From positions 139,502,001-139,566,000 of the forward strand of contig NC_086097.1 of assembly GCF_963921235.1 (NCBI RefSeq): a DNA stretch of 64,000 nucleotides. The letters are read 5' to 3'. Below, piece after piece: positions 1 to 11,408 of this stretch (its first letter is position 1; each line of letters begins with the position of its first letter). Below the pieces are notes generated by a model, which saw only the letters and a list, made by a program, of their open reading frames with translations, ran no database searches and was not told where the DNA came from. Origin of the DNA: Mobula hypostoma. Taxonomy: Eukaryota. The position numbers and the translations under genes are program-made.

Positions 1-984
1 TAGAATGGTGTGATACAAATGGTACTCTGTAAACAAATCTGATATTGATAGAAAATTGAGTTTTAACTTCCCTTTGCTGAAGTGTAGGGAGGAATTTAGA
101 ACCACAAGGTGGAAAATTAGTTTATCCCAGTGTAGGCATCTTCTCTGACCAGGAAAAGCAGTGTTGGATTTCACAGAAGTATGACTTTTGTGCCAGGATA
201 AAAATTTGTAGGAAGAGCAGTTAATAAGAATGTGGGGAGGATAGAAAATAGGATTACTATAAGGTTTAGGACAAGGGCTTGACAGCCAATGTAGACTCAG
301 GAGAGGGCCATAGGGCCTATTCCCATGCTGCATCACTCTATGACAATCATAGGAGCTTTTGTCCACTGACTCATCGGCTGAGAGGGCAGTACCCACTGCA
401 AGAATTTGCCTGTCTAGCTAATTGCTCACATTTAAATAGCAGAGATGACTATGCAGTGAAATGGATAAACATTTGTGACACAAATAGCAATGTTTTCCTC
501 AGATTATGAATCTGTGCATTAATCCTGCAGCAATGCATCTGTTCAGAGTGCTGTATTTCATTTAAAAGTAACTTCACATCTTGAATACATGCAGATGGAC
601 AACACAATCTGAATTGCAAGCCCCTCCTTACAGGCAGGGCAGAAGTACAAGAAACTTATATTGGTACTCATACGTAAAAAAATAAGCCAACAATTATTAT
701 TGAGGAAACTATTTCTCAGTAATTGACGAGAAGGGCCAAACTTTTGGGAAGCCATACGCTGGGTTAGAAAATGTTACTTAGGGGAATGGAACAAAGACAA
801 AGTATTTTAAGCCAGGAGTTGCATAAGGTTGCCAGATGTCTGCTTACTAAAGACACCATTTTGTACACCAATGAACAGAAAGAATTTCCTTGAGATGTGT
901 AAGACAAATCCAGCAACAGTTTCTGTAAAGAAGTTAACAAGTTCAGTGAAGGAACAACTGTAAAGAGAATAAAAGGTGTCTTAC

Positions 985-1110
985 TTGGTTAACTGTCCTT
1001 TGTTTTTATTGTTATCAACGCCATTGTATGTAACTGCAGCCAACTTTCTGCTCCTGTAGTTTTCATAATGAACATTGTTGGTTACATCCTTCAGGTCCTG
1101 CATGTGGGTT
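985..1110 (-). CDS. SEPTIN7: SEPTIN7 coding exon (126 nt): (R)[41 protein letters not shown](K)
   Basis: Minus strand CAG|AACCCAC...ACCAA|GTAAG; the 3' part of ORF 981..1196. Confidence 0.97.
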
Positions 1111-1727
1111 CTGTGTAAAGCAGGGAACAAGGTTATGGCTAATGGATAATTAATAATCTTGGAATATCTTTGCAAATTAAGTTCCATAAGTACCACTAAT
1201 ATGTAACCAAGGTGATTAAAACAGCTTTCTTTTCATAAGACATGGAAGCAGGAGTAAGCCCATCAAGTCTGTGCCGCCATGTCATCATGGTTGATTAATT
1301 ATCCCTCTCAACTCCTGCCTTCTCCCTGTAACCTTTGATGCCTTGACTAATCAAGAACCTATCACCCCCCGTTTTAAGTATACTCAACAACTTGGCCTCC
1401 GCAGCCACCTGTCACAATGAATTCCACAGATTCATTGCCTTCTGGCTAAAGAAATTCCTCCTCATCTCTGTTCTAAATGGACATCCCTCTAGTCTGGGGT
1501 TGTACCTTCTGGTCCTAGACTCACCCACTACAGGAACTGTCGTCCCTAAAACCACTCTATCCAGACCTCTCAATATTTGATTGGTTTCAATTAAATCCCA
1601 CCCCCCACCCCCAAACTCCAGTGACTATAGGCCCAGAGTCATCAAATGCTCATCTGTTATCCCTTTCATTCCCGGGATCATTCTCGCAAACAACTTCTTT
1701 CTGGACCCTTTCTAATGCCAGCACTTT

Positions 1728-2095
1728 TCATCATTATGTGCTGTGTCATATGACGTGGGTGATCATGGTCTTATGACCATGATTGTTCTTGGCAAAATTT
1801 TCTACAGAAGTCATTTGCCATTGCCTTCTTCTGGGCAGTGTCTTTAAAGGATGGGAGTTGCGGTACATGGTTGCCTGTTAGGAGATGAATCTCAACATTG
1901 TATAATGTATACAAAAATTGATAATAAATGTACTTTGAACCAGTTGCTCACACAACCATCCACTACTTGCTCCCATGGCTGCATGTAAGCCTGACTGGGG
2001 GGCTAAGCAGGTGCCACACTTTGCCCAAGGGTAACCTATAGGCTAGCAGAAGGAAGAAGCACCTCCCTTGGTAGAGATGCATCTCCACCCCACCG
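1728..2095 (-). mobile_element. RTE-related short non-autonomous retroposon (Bov-A/Sauria-SINE-like tail)
   Basis: Minus strand contains GAAGAAGGCAATGGCAAATGACTTCTG and ends ...CACATAATGATGA; the host CR1 resumes on both sides. Confidence 0.55.
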
Positions 2096-2768
2096 ATCTT
2101 AGACCCAAAACTGCTCACAATACTCTAGGTGTGGTCTGACCAATACCTTATAAAGTCTCAGCATTACGTCCTTGCTTTTGTATTCTAATCCTCCCAAAAT
2201 GAACGCTATTATTTTGTGCCTTCCTTACCACCGACTCAACCAGCAACTTAACCTCTAGGGAATCCTGCATGAGGACTTCCAAGTTACTTTGCACCTCTAA
2301 CTTTTTAATTTTCTCCATTTCAAAAATAGTTTGTGCCTACATTCCTTCTAGCAAACTTCATGACTATACACCTCTCGACACAATATTCCATCTACCACTT
2401 CTTTTGCCCATTCTCTCAATTGAGGTTCTTCCGAAGACTCACTGTTTCCTCAACACTACTCCACCTATCTTCGTATCTCCTGCAAATTTGGTCACAAAGC
2501 CATCAATTCTATCATTCAAATCATTCACATATAACGTGGAAAGAAGTGGTCTCAACACAGACCCCTCGGGAACACCACTAGTTACCGGCAGTCAACCAGA
2601 AAAGGACCCCTTTATTTACATTCTTTGCCTACTGCCAGCCAATCTTCAAACCATGCTAGCATCTTTCCTGTAATACCATAGACTCTTATCTTGTTAAGCA
2701 GCCTCATGTGCCGCACTTTGTCAAAGGCCTTCTGAAAATCCAAGTAATCAACTCTCCTTGTCTAGCTT

Positions 2769-2873
2769 AAGCAACACATACAAAATGCTGGAGGAACTCA
2801 GCAGGTAAGGCAGCATCTATGGAAATGCATGAACAGTCGACATTTCAGGCCGAGATCCTTCTTGAGGACAGCT
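2769..2873 (-). mobile_element. Penelope-derived mini-element with degenerate hammerhead motif, 11-bp TSD
   Basis: Flanked by TTGTCTAGCTT (2758-2768) and TTGTCTATCTT (2874-2884); minus strand GTC-CTCAAGA-A-GGAT-CTCG-GCCT-GAAA-TG-TC-GACTG. Confidence 0.75.
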
Positions 2874-4009
2874 TTGTCTATCTTGCCTGTTTATTTCCTC
2901 AGAGTTCCAACAGATTCGTCAGGCAAGAAAACCGTGTTGACTTTTGGCCTGTTTTATCATGTTCCTCCAAGTACCCTGAAACCTCATCCTTAATAATGGA
3001 CTCCAACATCTTCCCATCCACTGAAGACAGGCTAACTAGTCTATAATTTTCCTTTCTTCTACCTCTTGAAGAGTGGGGCGACGTTTACAATTTTCCAGTC
3101 CTTCAGAACACTTGGAAGGTTATTACTAATGCCTCCACAATCCCTTCAGCTATCTCCTTCAGAACCCTGGGATGTAGTCCATCTGGTGCACCTTCATCTT
3201 TGGGATGCATCTATCCTGTACCTTCCGAAATACCCCCAGAAACTCACAGCCATTGCTGTTCTATCATCTTCCCTGCCAGTGTCCCCCTTCTCTTCTAAAG
3301 AGAATGCTTCTGTAATTCTCTTTACTCCATTATAATACTAAAACATCTGAGTTTATCTTCTCCCTCTCAAACTAGAGGGTGAATTCTATCATATTATAAT
3401 CACTGCTTCCTAGTGGTTTCTATACCTTAAGCTCTCTAATTAAATTTGGTTCACTACACAACACCCAATACAGATTTGCCTTTCCCCCAGAGTTGCTGCA
3501 CCACCAGTTGCTGAAAAAAAACATCTTGTGGGTGTTCTACAGATTCCGCCTTGGGATCCAGCGCCAACCTGATTTTTCGAATCTATCTGCATATTGAAAT
3601 TCCCCATGACTATTGCAATGTTTTCTATCTCTGTTGTAAATTATAGCCCATATCCTTGCTACTGTTCGAAGGCCTGTATACAACTTCCATCAGGGTCTGT
3701 TTACCTTTGCAGCTTCTTAACTCTACACACAAAGATTCTACGCCTTTTCACCTGTCACCTCTAAGAACTTGATTTCTTTTTTTAAACCAACAGAGCCACC
3801 CCACACCCTTTGCCTACCTGGCTGTCCTTTTGAAACAAAGGATATCCTTGGAGGTCAAGCTCCCAAATTTGATCTTCTTTCAGCCACAACATCATACCTG
3901 CCAATCTCTAATTGTACTACAACATCATACATCTTATTCCATATTCAGCATATATTTAAATATCAACATCTTCAGTCCTGTATTCATCACCCTTTTCGAT
4001 TTTGCCATA

Positions 4010-5115
4010 ATACCATAAGATGTAGGAACAGAATTAGGCCATTTAGCCCATCAAGTGTGCTCCACCATTTCATCATGGTTGTTCCAGTTTTCCTCTCAGC
4101 CCCCATCTCATCTCCCTTCAAACCCTGACTAATCAAGAATCTATCAACCTCTGCCTTAAATATACATAAAGTCTTGGCTTCAACAGCTGTCTGTGGCAAA
4201 GAATTCCACACATTCACCTCTCTCTGGCTAAAGAAATTCCTCATCTCCATTCTAAAAGTACGCCCCTCTATTCTGATATTGTATCCTCTGATCTTAGATT
4301 CTCCCCATTCACTCGATCAAGTCCTTTCACCATTCGATAGGTTTCAATGAGGTCATCCTTTTTCTTCTGAATTCTACTGAATGCAGGCCCAAAGCAATCA
4401 AATGCTTTTCATATGACAAGCCACTCAATCCTGCAATCATTTTTGTGAACCTCCTTTGAACCCTCTCCAGTTTCAGCACATCCTTTCTGAGATATGGGGC
4501 CAAAAACTGCTCACAATACTCCAAGTGAGGCCTCACCAGTGCTTTATAAAGTCTCAACATTACGTCCTTGTTTTTATATTCTAGTCCTCTTGACATGAAC
4601 GCTAACGTCACATTTACCATCCTCACCACAGACTTAACCAGCAAATTAACCTTTAGGGAGTCCTGCACAAGGATTCCACAGTCCCTTTGCACCTCAGTTT
4701 TTTGCATTTGCTCTCCATTTAGAAAATAGTCTACCCTTTCATTTCTTCTACCAAAGTGCATGACCATATACTTCCTGACACTGTATTCCATCTGCCATTT
4801 CTTTGCCCATTCTCCTAGTCTAAGTCCTTCTGTAGCCTCTCTATTTCCTCAAAGTTCCTGTCCCTCTACCTATCTTCATACCATCTGCAAACTTTGCAAC
4901 AAAGTCATCAATCCCATCATCCATGTGATTGACATTTCATGCAAAAAGAATCGGTCCCAACACAGACCTCTGTGAAACACCACTAGTCACGCAGCCAACG
5001 AGAAAAGATTCCCTTTATTCCCACTCTGCCTCCTGCCAATCAGCCACAACTTTCTCCATGCTAGAATCTTTCCCGTAATATCACAGGTTCAGAGCTTGTT
5101 GAGCAGCCTCGTGTG
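4010..5115 (-). mobile_element. CR1-clade LINE, 5'-truncated (RT C-terminus and 3' UTR)
   Basis: ORFs 4327..4791 (LYKALVRPHLEYC) and 3987..4250 (RNFFSQR..WNSLP). Confidence 0.9.
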
Positions 5116-6150
5116 TCACATTTCAACCCAGCTCACTGACTGTAATCATCTGCCTATCCTTCCTCATAGTCTTACTACACACATCATCTAGTTGTATACC
5201 AACTGCCCATTCCAGTTCCCACTCCCTGCCAAACTAGTGAAAATCCTCCCCAACAGTTCCAGCAAACCTGCCTACAAAGATATTGACCCCCCTTGTGTTT
5301 TTCTGTATAGATCTGTATAGACCTATTTTTCTGTATAGATCATACCTTCATAAGAGATCCAAATGATCCAGTAATCTGAAACCCTGCATCCTGCATCAAC
5401 TCCTCAGCCATACATTCGTCTGCCAAATCATCCTATTCTTACCCTCATTAACATGGTGTACAGGGAGCAATCCAGTGATTACTGCCCTGGAGGTGCTGCT
5501 TTTCAACTTTCTGCCTATATTCTCTCTTCAAGACCTTTCTCCATTTCCTACCTGTGTCACTGGTATCAACACATAGCATGATTCATAGCTGCTCTCCCTC
5601 CACCATCCTGAGAATGCTGTGGACCCAATCTGAGACATCCCTGACCCTGGCACCTGGGAGGCAATATACTATCTGGGTGTGTCTTTCATATCTACAGAAT
5701 CTCCAGCCTGCTCCCCTAACTATGGAATCTATGGAGGAGCCACAGGGGTACTGTGCTCGTATTTTTCTTTTTCTCTCTCTCTCACACACACATACACACA
5801 AACAGGCATCTGCCTCCTGTAACTCAGCGGTGACCACCTCCCAGTAGTTCCCTCTTATCCAGCACCTCCTCATCCTCCTATTTCAGCCAAGGTCATCGAT
5901 TTTCAGCTCCAGTCCCTTAATACAGTCTTCGAGGAATTGCAGCTTGGTGCACTTTGTGCAGATGTACTTATCAGGGAGACCAGAAGTTTCCCAAATTTCC
6001 CACATCTCACACAAGAAACATATCACTAAATCTGGACACATTCTCAGAGCACTAGGAAAAAAACTTACTTGGAGCCTGCGTCTATGCATGCCCAAGCTTG
6101 CTGAGCCAAAGCCTGACCACTCTAACACTGCTCCACTCCAACAATGGCTG
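5116..6150 (-). mobile_element. CR1 ORF1 remnant (Cys-rich zinc finger plus SGNH/GDSL esterase domain)
   Basis: ORF 5883..6128 (CFLCEMW...CTKC) and ORF 5583..5873 (DSIVRG...FC...VYCLPGARVRDV...IL...EGEQ), typical of CR1 ORF1. Confidence 0.8.
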
Positions 6151-6189
6151 ATCCGCTTTTACCTCCTTTCTTTTTATTGGCTCAAATAA

Positions 6190-7285
6190 AACTCACTCTT
6201 GACAAGACCTGCAATTATCAAATAGCTCTAGTTGTCGAAGATGTCATTCCCTCACTCACTACAAACAAGGATTCTATTCCAACGAGACTTACAGTATTCA
6301 ATTGGCCCCCAAACTACAAGATGTTGCTTTCGCACTTACTACTTTAAACAAGATGGCGGCTGCAACCAATGGCGACATCCTGCAGACAGTTCCCGAACTA
6401 CTAGTACTTCTTTTAAATATGCTACTTCTAAACTGCACGCGATTGGGGCCTGTAATTTACTAATTGATTATGTGTTTTGGGGCGCTTCTGCTGTCTCCAA
6501 AGGAGAGTGGAGCGTGTGGCCTGAAGGTGGAATGTGAACCCGTGATCAGGTCCATTACTCCTCACCAATTAAAGCATCAAATAAGATTATGATCGTAAAT
6601 TAACATGGATGGGAGTGGGAGGCAAACAGGTCTTCAACGTTGTCTGCCTGCATTTGACCAGTCTCCCTCGCCTGCTCGCCTCTACCGGAGAAAAAGTGCA
6701 GGATCCTTTGTCATGCTGCGAGGTTTGAAGAGGACGACTCGTGGCTGTCGATTCACTTTGAGGGACTCTAGTTCCTGTTACATGTGTTTCTGGTTACTCC
6801 TTTTCACTATTTTTGTGAGAGTTGATTAGGGCGCCTTGGTGCAGACTGGCTCTGCGGCCTGCAGTAAATGAATGACACAGCACTCAACTCAACTGAACTA
6901 AACAATCCTGGACCATTTTGAGGACTCCATGATTTGATATTTAATATTCTGTGTTAAAGTCACTCTTTTGCCATATGCGCTATTTGTTCATTTTTTGCAC
7001 ATTGGGTGTTTGATGTTTTCTTTGAATGGGTTCCATGGTGTTTCTTTGTTTTGTGGCTGCCTGTGGGAAGATGAATCTCAGGGTTGTATACTGTACATTC
7101 TTTGATAATAAATGTACTTCGAAACTTTGACTCACTCCCAACAAGACTTCAGTTTTCAAATGACTCTGCAAGATGTCGCTCTCTTACTTGTTACTTCAAA
7201 CAATAACTCACTCCCGATGACACTTGCAGTTTTCAAATGGTCCCCGCCCTGCAAGATTTTGCTCTCACTCGCTACTTTCAAACTA
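6190..7285. repeat. Four diverged tandem monomers of about 78-80 bp, split 2+2 by an insertion
   Basis: Units near 6191, 6269, 7130 and 7206 share ACTCACTCCC-ACAAGACTT-CAGTTTTCAAAT...CAAGATGT-GCT-TC...CTACTT-AAACAA. Confidence 0.65.
6350..7130 (+). mobile_element. Non-autonomous LINE-related retroposon (Rex1/Babar- or L2-type ends)
   Basis: Begins CAAGATGGCGGC and ends ...GAAGATGAATCTCAGGGTTGTATA...AATAAATGTACTTCGAAACTTTGA; the same tail recurs near 1870-1940. Confidence 0.5.
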
Positions 7286-8471
7286 TGACTTCAGATTTTC
7301 ACCTTGGATATATAAAGCATTCAAGGTCACAATAAAATTAAAATTCTACTTTAACATATGCTGTCCTCATTCAAAGTGCTCAACAAATGAATATTTCATT
7401 CCAACATCCATTTATGAAGAAAATATTATGGACAGCTGGCAAGCTGAGTCAAATTCCAAGGTACTTCAATACTTACTAAACTCTGTTTAGGGCTGGCAAG
7501 AAACTCCTATTTGTCACAGCAGCCTTAGCAGTATTTTTATATACCAGCTGGATGCAAGTCACCCTACAATCAAATTCCTTGGGTGTGTGCGCCAGTGAGC
7601 ACATTTATGTTCATTTGCAACATTCACTGTTCATCCATAACTCTTCATCCTCTATTCTTTAAAACATGGAGCAGAATGCAAATAGCATTTTGATCATTAA
7701 AGACCTCAAACTTGCAACAAAAAGGAAGACCCAAGTACAGAAGCTTAGTCAGAGCCAAGTTTTTCAGCTGAGCCAGTTTTACAACAGAAGAGTATTTGTT
7801 CTAATTCCCCATTTATACTACACTGCCAAAGTAAATTGCATCACTGTTCATACTCATCCTGAGCTACTCCCTCAGTTATATCCACCCAAAAATAATGGGC
7901 ATCGTTTGGAACAGACATCGCGCTTGATGAGCAAAGGTATCATTTAACTTTCCAAAATATAAACAAAACAAAAAAAAAGCTTTCTTTTGTCTGTTGTTCA
8001 TTTCCTTCCTTATAAGAAACTATTCAAATTACAAAATCTCTAATGTGGAAAGGATGAAAGCATCTTTTGTGACTGTCTTTAAAACCCCACTGTATTCAAT
8101 GCAACCTCACTCAAATTCTGAAATACTGGTGAACCTGCAAGTTTTCAAATTTCTACCTCATGTTAGCCTCCGAGAAGCACCACTATTTATTAAAAAGACT
8201 GACTGCAATTGTGAAATAAATTAAAGGTCATGTCCAACTTACTTAAAATATTCTGTACCAAAGTCTGAAGCCATTACCAACTAAAGGTACAATAAATTAT
8301 TATGCACTGAGGAGTTCCAGTGTGTTGAGGATCTAGAAAATAGCTGGATTTGGGAGATAACATTGTTCAACAATTACTTGGGTAGTTCATTTAGTAATTA
8401 TTCATGTATAGCCACTTGCAACAGCTCTAATTCTCCTACATAATGAAAGAGCAGTACTATAACTGGTTAGA

Positions 8472-11408
8472 CTTGTGGTTCCCAAACCTTTTTTGGGTTT
8501 TCACCCCCTTTGCTCCCAGACCTCATCCCCAGCAACCCTCTCCTTTTCCGGCTATTTCATAAAAACTATAAAGAACACAGATTTACGATGCACAGTGAAA
8601 GACAATACAAACTACAAATTAAAAGCAGTGACAAAAAGTTATTCAAATTGATTTAAAGATGCAAATACTTTTTTCTTTGTTTAATAACAGCAAAAACAAT
8701 TTCCATCATCTGTAGAGCATACATTGGGAGGCCAACTATTCACTACTACTTTGATCTGCAGTGAAATAAATGGGCTTGGTGCAGTGATATCAGCTTCTCA
8801 ACATCAGGCTCAATGTCACTTAGGAGTCTCAGATCAGAACATTCAATAATTTGCAATCTGTTCTGTTGCTTTGAAAGAAGTTGAGCGACTGCACTGAAAT
8901 CATGCTCCACTAAATATAATGATGGAAAGGCAATAAAAAAAACACCTTGACCTTTTGCCACAGCACAGGACAGCAGTCAGAGATTTCTTTCTCCAACCAA
9001 AAGTCTTGATATGATTTTTCAACCTCGGCTTCAGCTCTAAGTCATTTTGTAGTGAGATCAGCTCTTCCTCCATCCTTCCTGTTAACTCCTCATTACAAGG
9101 GTTCAAAAATGGATTTATTGCCCAATCTGGAATTTGGACCACGAGAAGATCCTGCAATCTCTGACATATCTTTTGCAGTTCATCCAGGTGGGCATATTAT
9201 TATCTGATATTCTTTCTTTCTCTTCCAACTCAAAGAGGCTCAGAAATTGGAGAGGTCATGATAGACAATGCTGCATTTAAACAGGGACAGAAATGTGGAG
9301 ATGACTGATTTGAGTTTGATACGATTCACATCATTTTCTTGCAATTAAAGTCTGATTTCATTAAACTTTGCAAATAATTCTAACAAATAAGCAATATGAT
9401 GCATAATTTTCGTGAGTTGAACAATGAAAGAAGCATTTGAGCCTTTGAAGAATTTTTATCACAGTTTCAAAAAGCACATAAAAGCATCTCAGGCATTTTC
9501 CATTTGAGAGCCATCTAACCTATGTGTGCAACAGCAAGCATTCAAATTGCTCATCATTCTCAGTTGCAAGAAAAAGTTTGTGAACTGCTTTTTTGCATTA
9601 ATTACTCAAAATGTGGTCTGTTCTTCATTTGTCACAGTAATTGACAAACACCATCTACCTAACCTCGTAACACACAAAAAATTGCACCTCTTCTCGTCAA
9701 TACTAAGTACACCATTTAAACAATCACAGTCTAGGTTCAAAAAAGTATGTGAAACTCTGGGGTAATGCCTTCTACAAAAGCTATTTGGAGTCAAGTGTTC
9801 CAATCAATGAGATTAGATTGGAGGTGTGGGTTGTAGAGGTGCCCTAGTGCTAATATAGCATGGCTTCCCTGCAGTTCATAAATTGTACATATATTGCTTT
9901 TAAGTGGAGAATGAATTATTTAATGGATTTTTATTTAAAGAACCAAGAGATTAACTTTGTCACATATACAATAAAATATACAGTGAAATGCATCATTTGA
10001 GTTAAGTCAAGTCAGAGAGGATTGTGCTCGGCAGCCCGCAGATGTTACCTTGCCAACACTGCATGCCCTCAATACACTAACCCGAACCATTTGCCACTGG
10101 AATATGGGGGAAATATGGGTATATAACACCTCCCCTCATAAAGCAAAATTTTGATCGAAGAGCAAAATTTTTAACTGTAGATTACAAAGTATAAAGCAGT
10201 ATATATGTGATTAACATGTAGATTAAAACTCAGGTCAGGTCACTTGTCTAAGTGCTGCTGGTACCATGTAACCCAGTACTACCTGTCGCATGGTCAGGTG
10301 GTCGGCAACTAAACCGGCTCCCCCACCAGGCTTGCCTGGTGAGCAGGGTGGCTAGACACCCTGCAGGACGAAAACAAGACCTGTCAAAGGGCGGATGAAC
10401 CCTCTTGTAGGGTCAACGGCCATCTAGCAGGCACGTGCCGTGAAGTGCAGAAAGGGCATCCCTTGCATCGAAGCTTGGTCTGGCCATTCCCTGCAACAGA
10501 ATTTCCCCCAGCCGTCTTGGACCCCACCACGCTGCTGGATCCTGGAGGGGATGTTGAAAGGGTGGGTCTGGACCTGTGCAACCCCCTACTCACCTAAAAT
10601 CCATTCACGAACACGCTGTTCCTTTCTGAGGAGTGGGGTATAAACCCCACAAACTGACTGAAAGGAACCATCATCATCCTATGGGATGGATAGCCAGAGA
10701 GGTGGGGGAAAACTCAAGAGGAAATCCACACATTCATGGGGAGAACATACAAACTCTTTACAGATGGAACCTCAAGCTTGCAGCTCATGCCTTGTATTAA
10801 CTGCTACGTGGCATAGATGGAAAACATCAGAATGCCTTTGTGCTAAAAATTAATTTACAAATATAGACCAATGACGAACTATAAATGTTAATCGACCTTT
10901 TTTTAACTCAAACTTCTTACGCATCAACATACGTGACATACTTGACTGCTTTTGAAATTCTGAAACAAAGAATAAATTATTGATGAGAATGCAAATGAGC
11001 AGAGGAAATTAGATACAGTTTGATAACTGTTGTAACAGACAGCACCAGAAAACAATCACAAAAGACAACTGAATCAGAGTACTGAATAAAGGTATTTGGA
11101 GATAAACAATTTAGGACAAATTTTGATTACATTCGACTACAGTATTACTATTATTTCAGATCGCAATCTAGAATTCAACCTGCTTTTTTTTGTTGATATG
11201 ATGGTGCTTTCAACAATATTACTGGAAGGAGCTTTCAATATCTGCATTATGACTCAGGATTAGATCCACTTCCCCATAAACAAGGGAACACATTATTCCA
11301 CATTGCTCATATTATTATGCTCATTCTCCCAGCTTGTTTAGAAGGCTTACAAAACTATGACTGTTACAGATTTACCTCTCAGCCCCCAATATAGATTGAG
11401 AAAGACCC
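8472..11408 (-). mobile_element. hAT (Buster/Charlie-type) DNA transposon, decayed, with nested insertions
   Basis: ORFs 8900..9157 and 8746..8961 (PDWAINPF, EELISLQND, FPSLYLVE..FSAV, RLL..IEPD) resemble the Buster-family C-terminal dimerisation region. TIR-like GTGGTTCCCAAACCTTTT at about 8475; the right boundary is tentative. Confidence 0.7.
10260..10678 (+). mobile_element. GC-rich, hairpin-rich short retroposon with (CAT)n tail; RTE/RTEX-like, family unassigned
   Basis: Sharp GC shift; perfect stems CACCAGG/CCTGGTG and GCAGGGTG/CACCCTGC; terminal stem GTTCCTTTC/GAAAGGAAC followed by CATCATCATC. Confidence 0.5.

Larger units (their letters stand above)
1235..3960 (-). mobile_element. Decayed CR1-clade LINE (ORF2 and 3' end), interrupted by insertions at about 1728-2095 and 2769-2873
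   Basis: Minus-strand RT remnants (KFAGDTKIGG-like, LDFQKAFDKV); 3' tail near 1235 resembles the other CR1 copies in the window. Confidence 0.85.

Noticed and set aside
1111..1196. N-terminal part of ORF 981..1196 as coding sequence
   Set aside because: It is read-through into the intron; septin similarity begins at the AG acceptor at 1111-1112.
1990..2095. HDV-like ribozyme at the head of the RTE-related element (minus strand)
   Set aside because: Hairpins are present, but I could not place P3/L3 or a matching P2.
6190..7285. CRISPR-like repeat array
   Set aside because: Eukaryotic intron; diverged head-to-tail monomers without unique spacers; no cas genes.
10343..10374. Hammerhead-like CTGGTGA...GAAA in the 10.3 kb element
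   Set aside because: The core deviates at A6, stem II does not abut GAAA, and no stem I/III closure was found.
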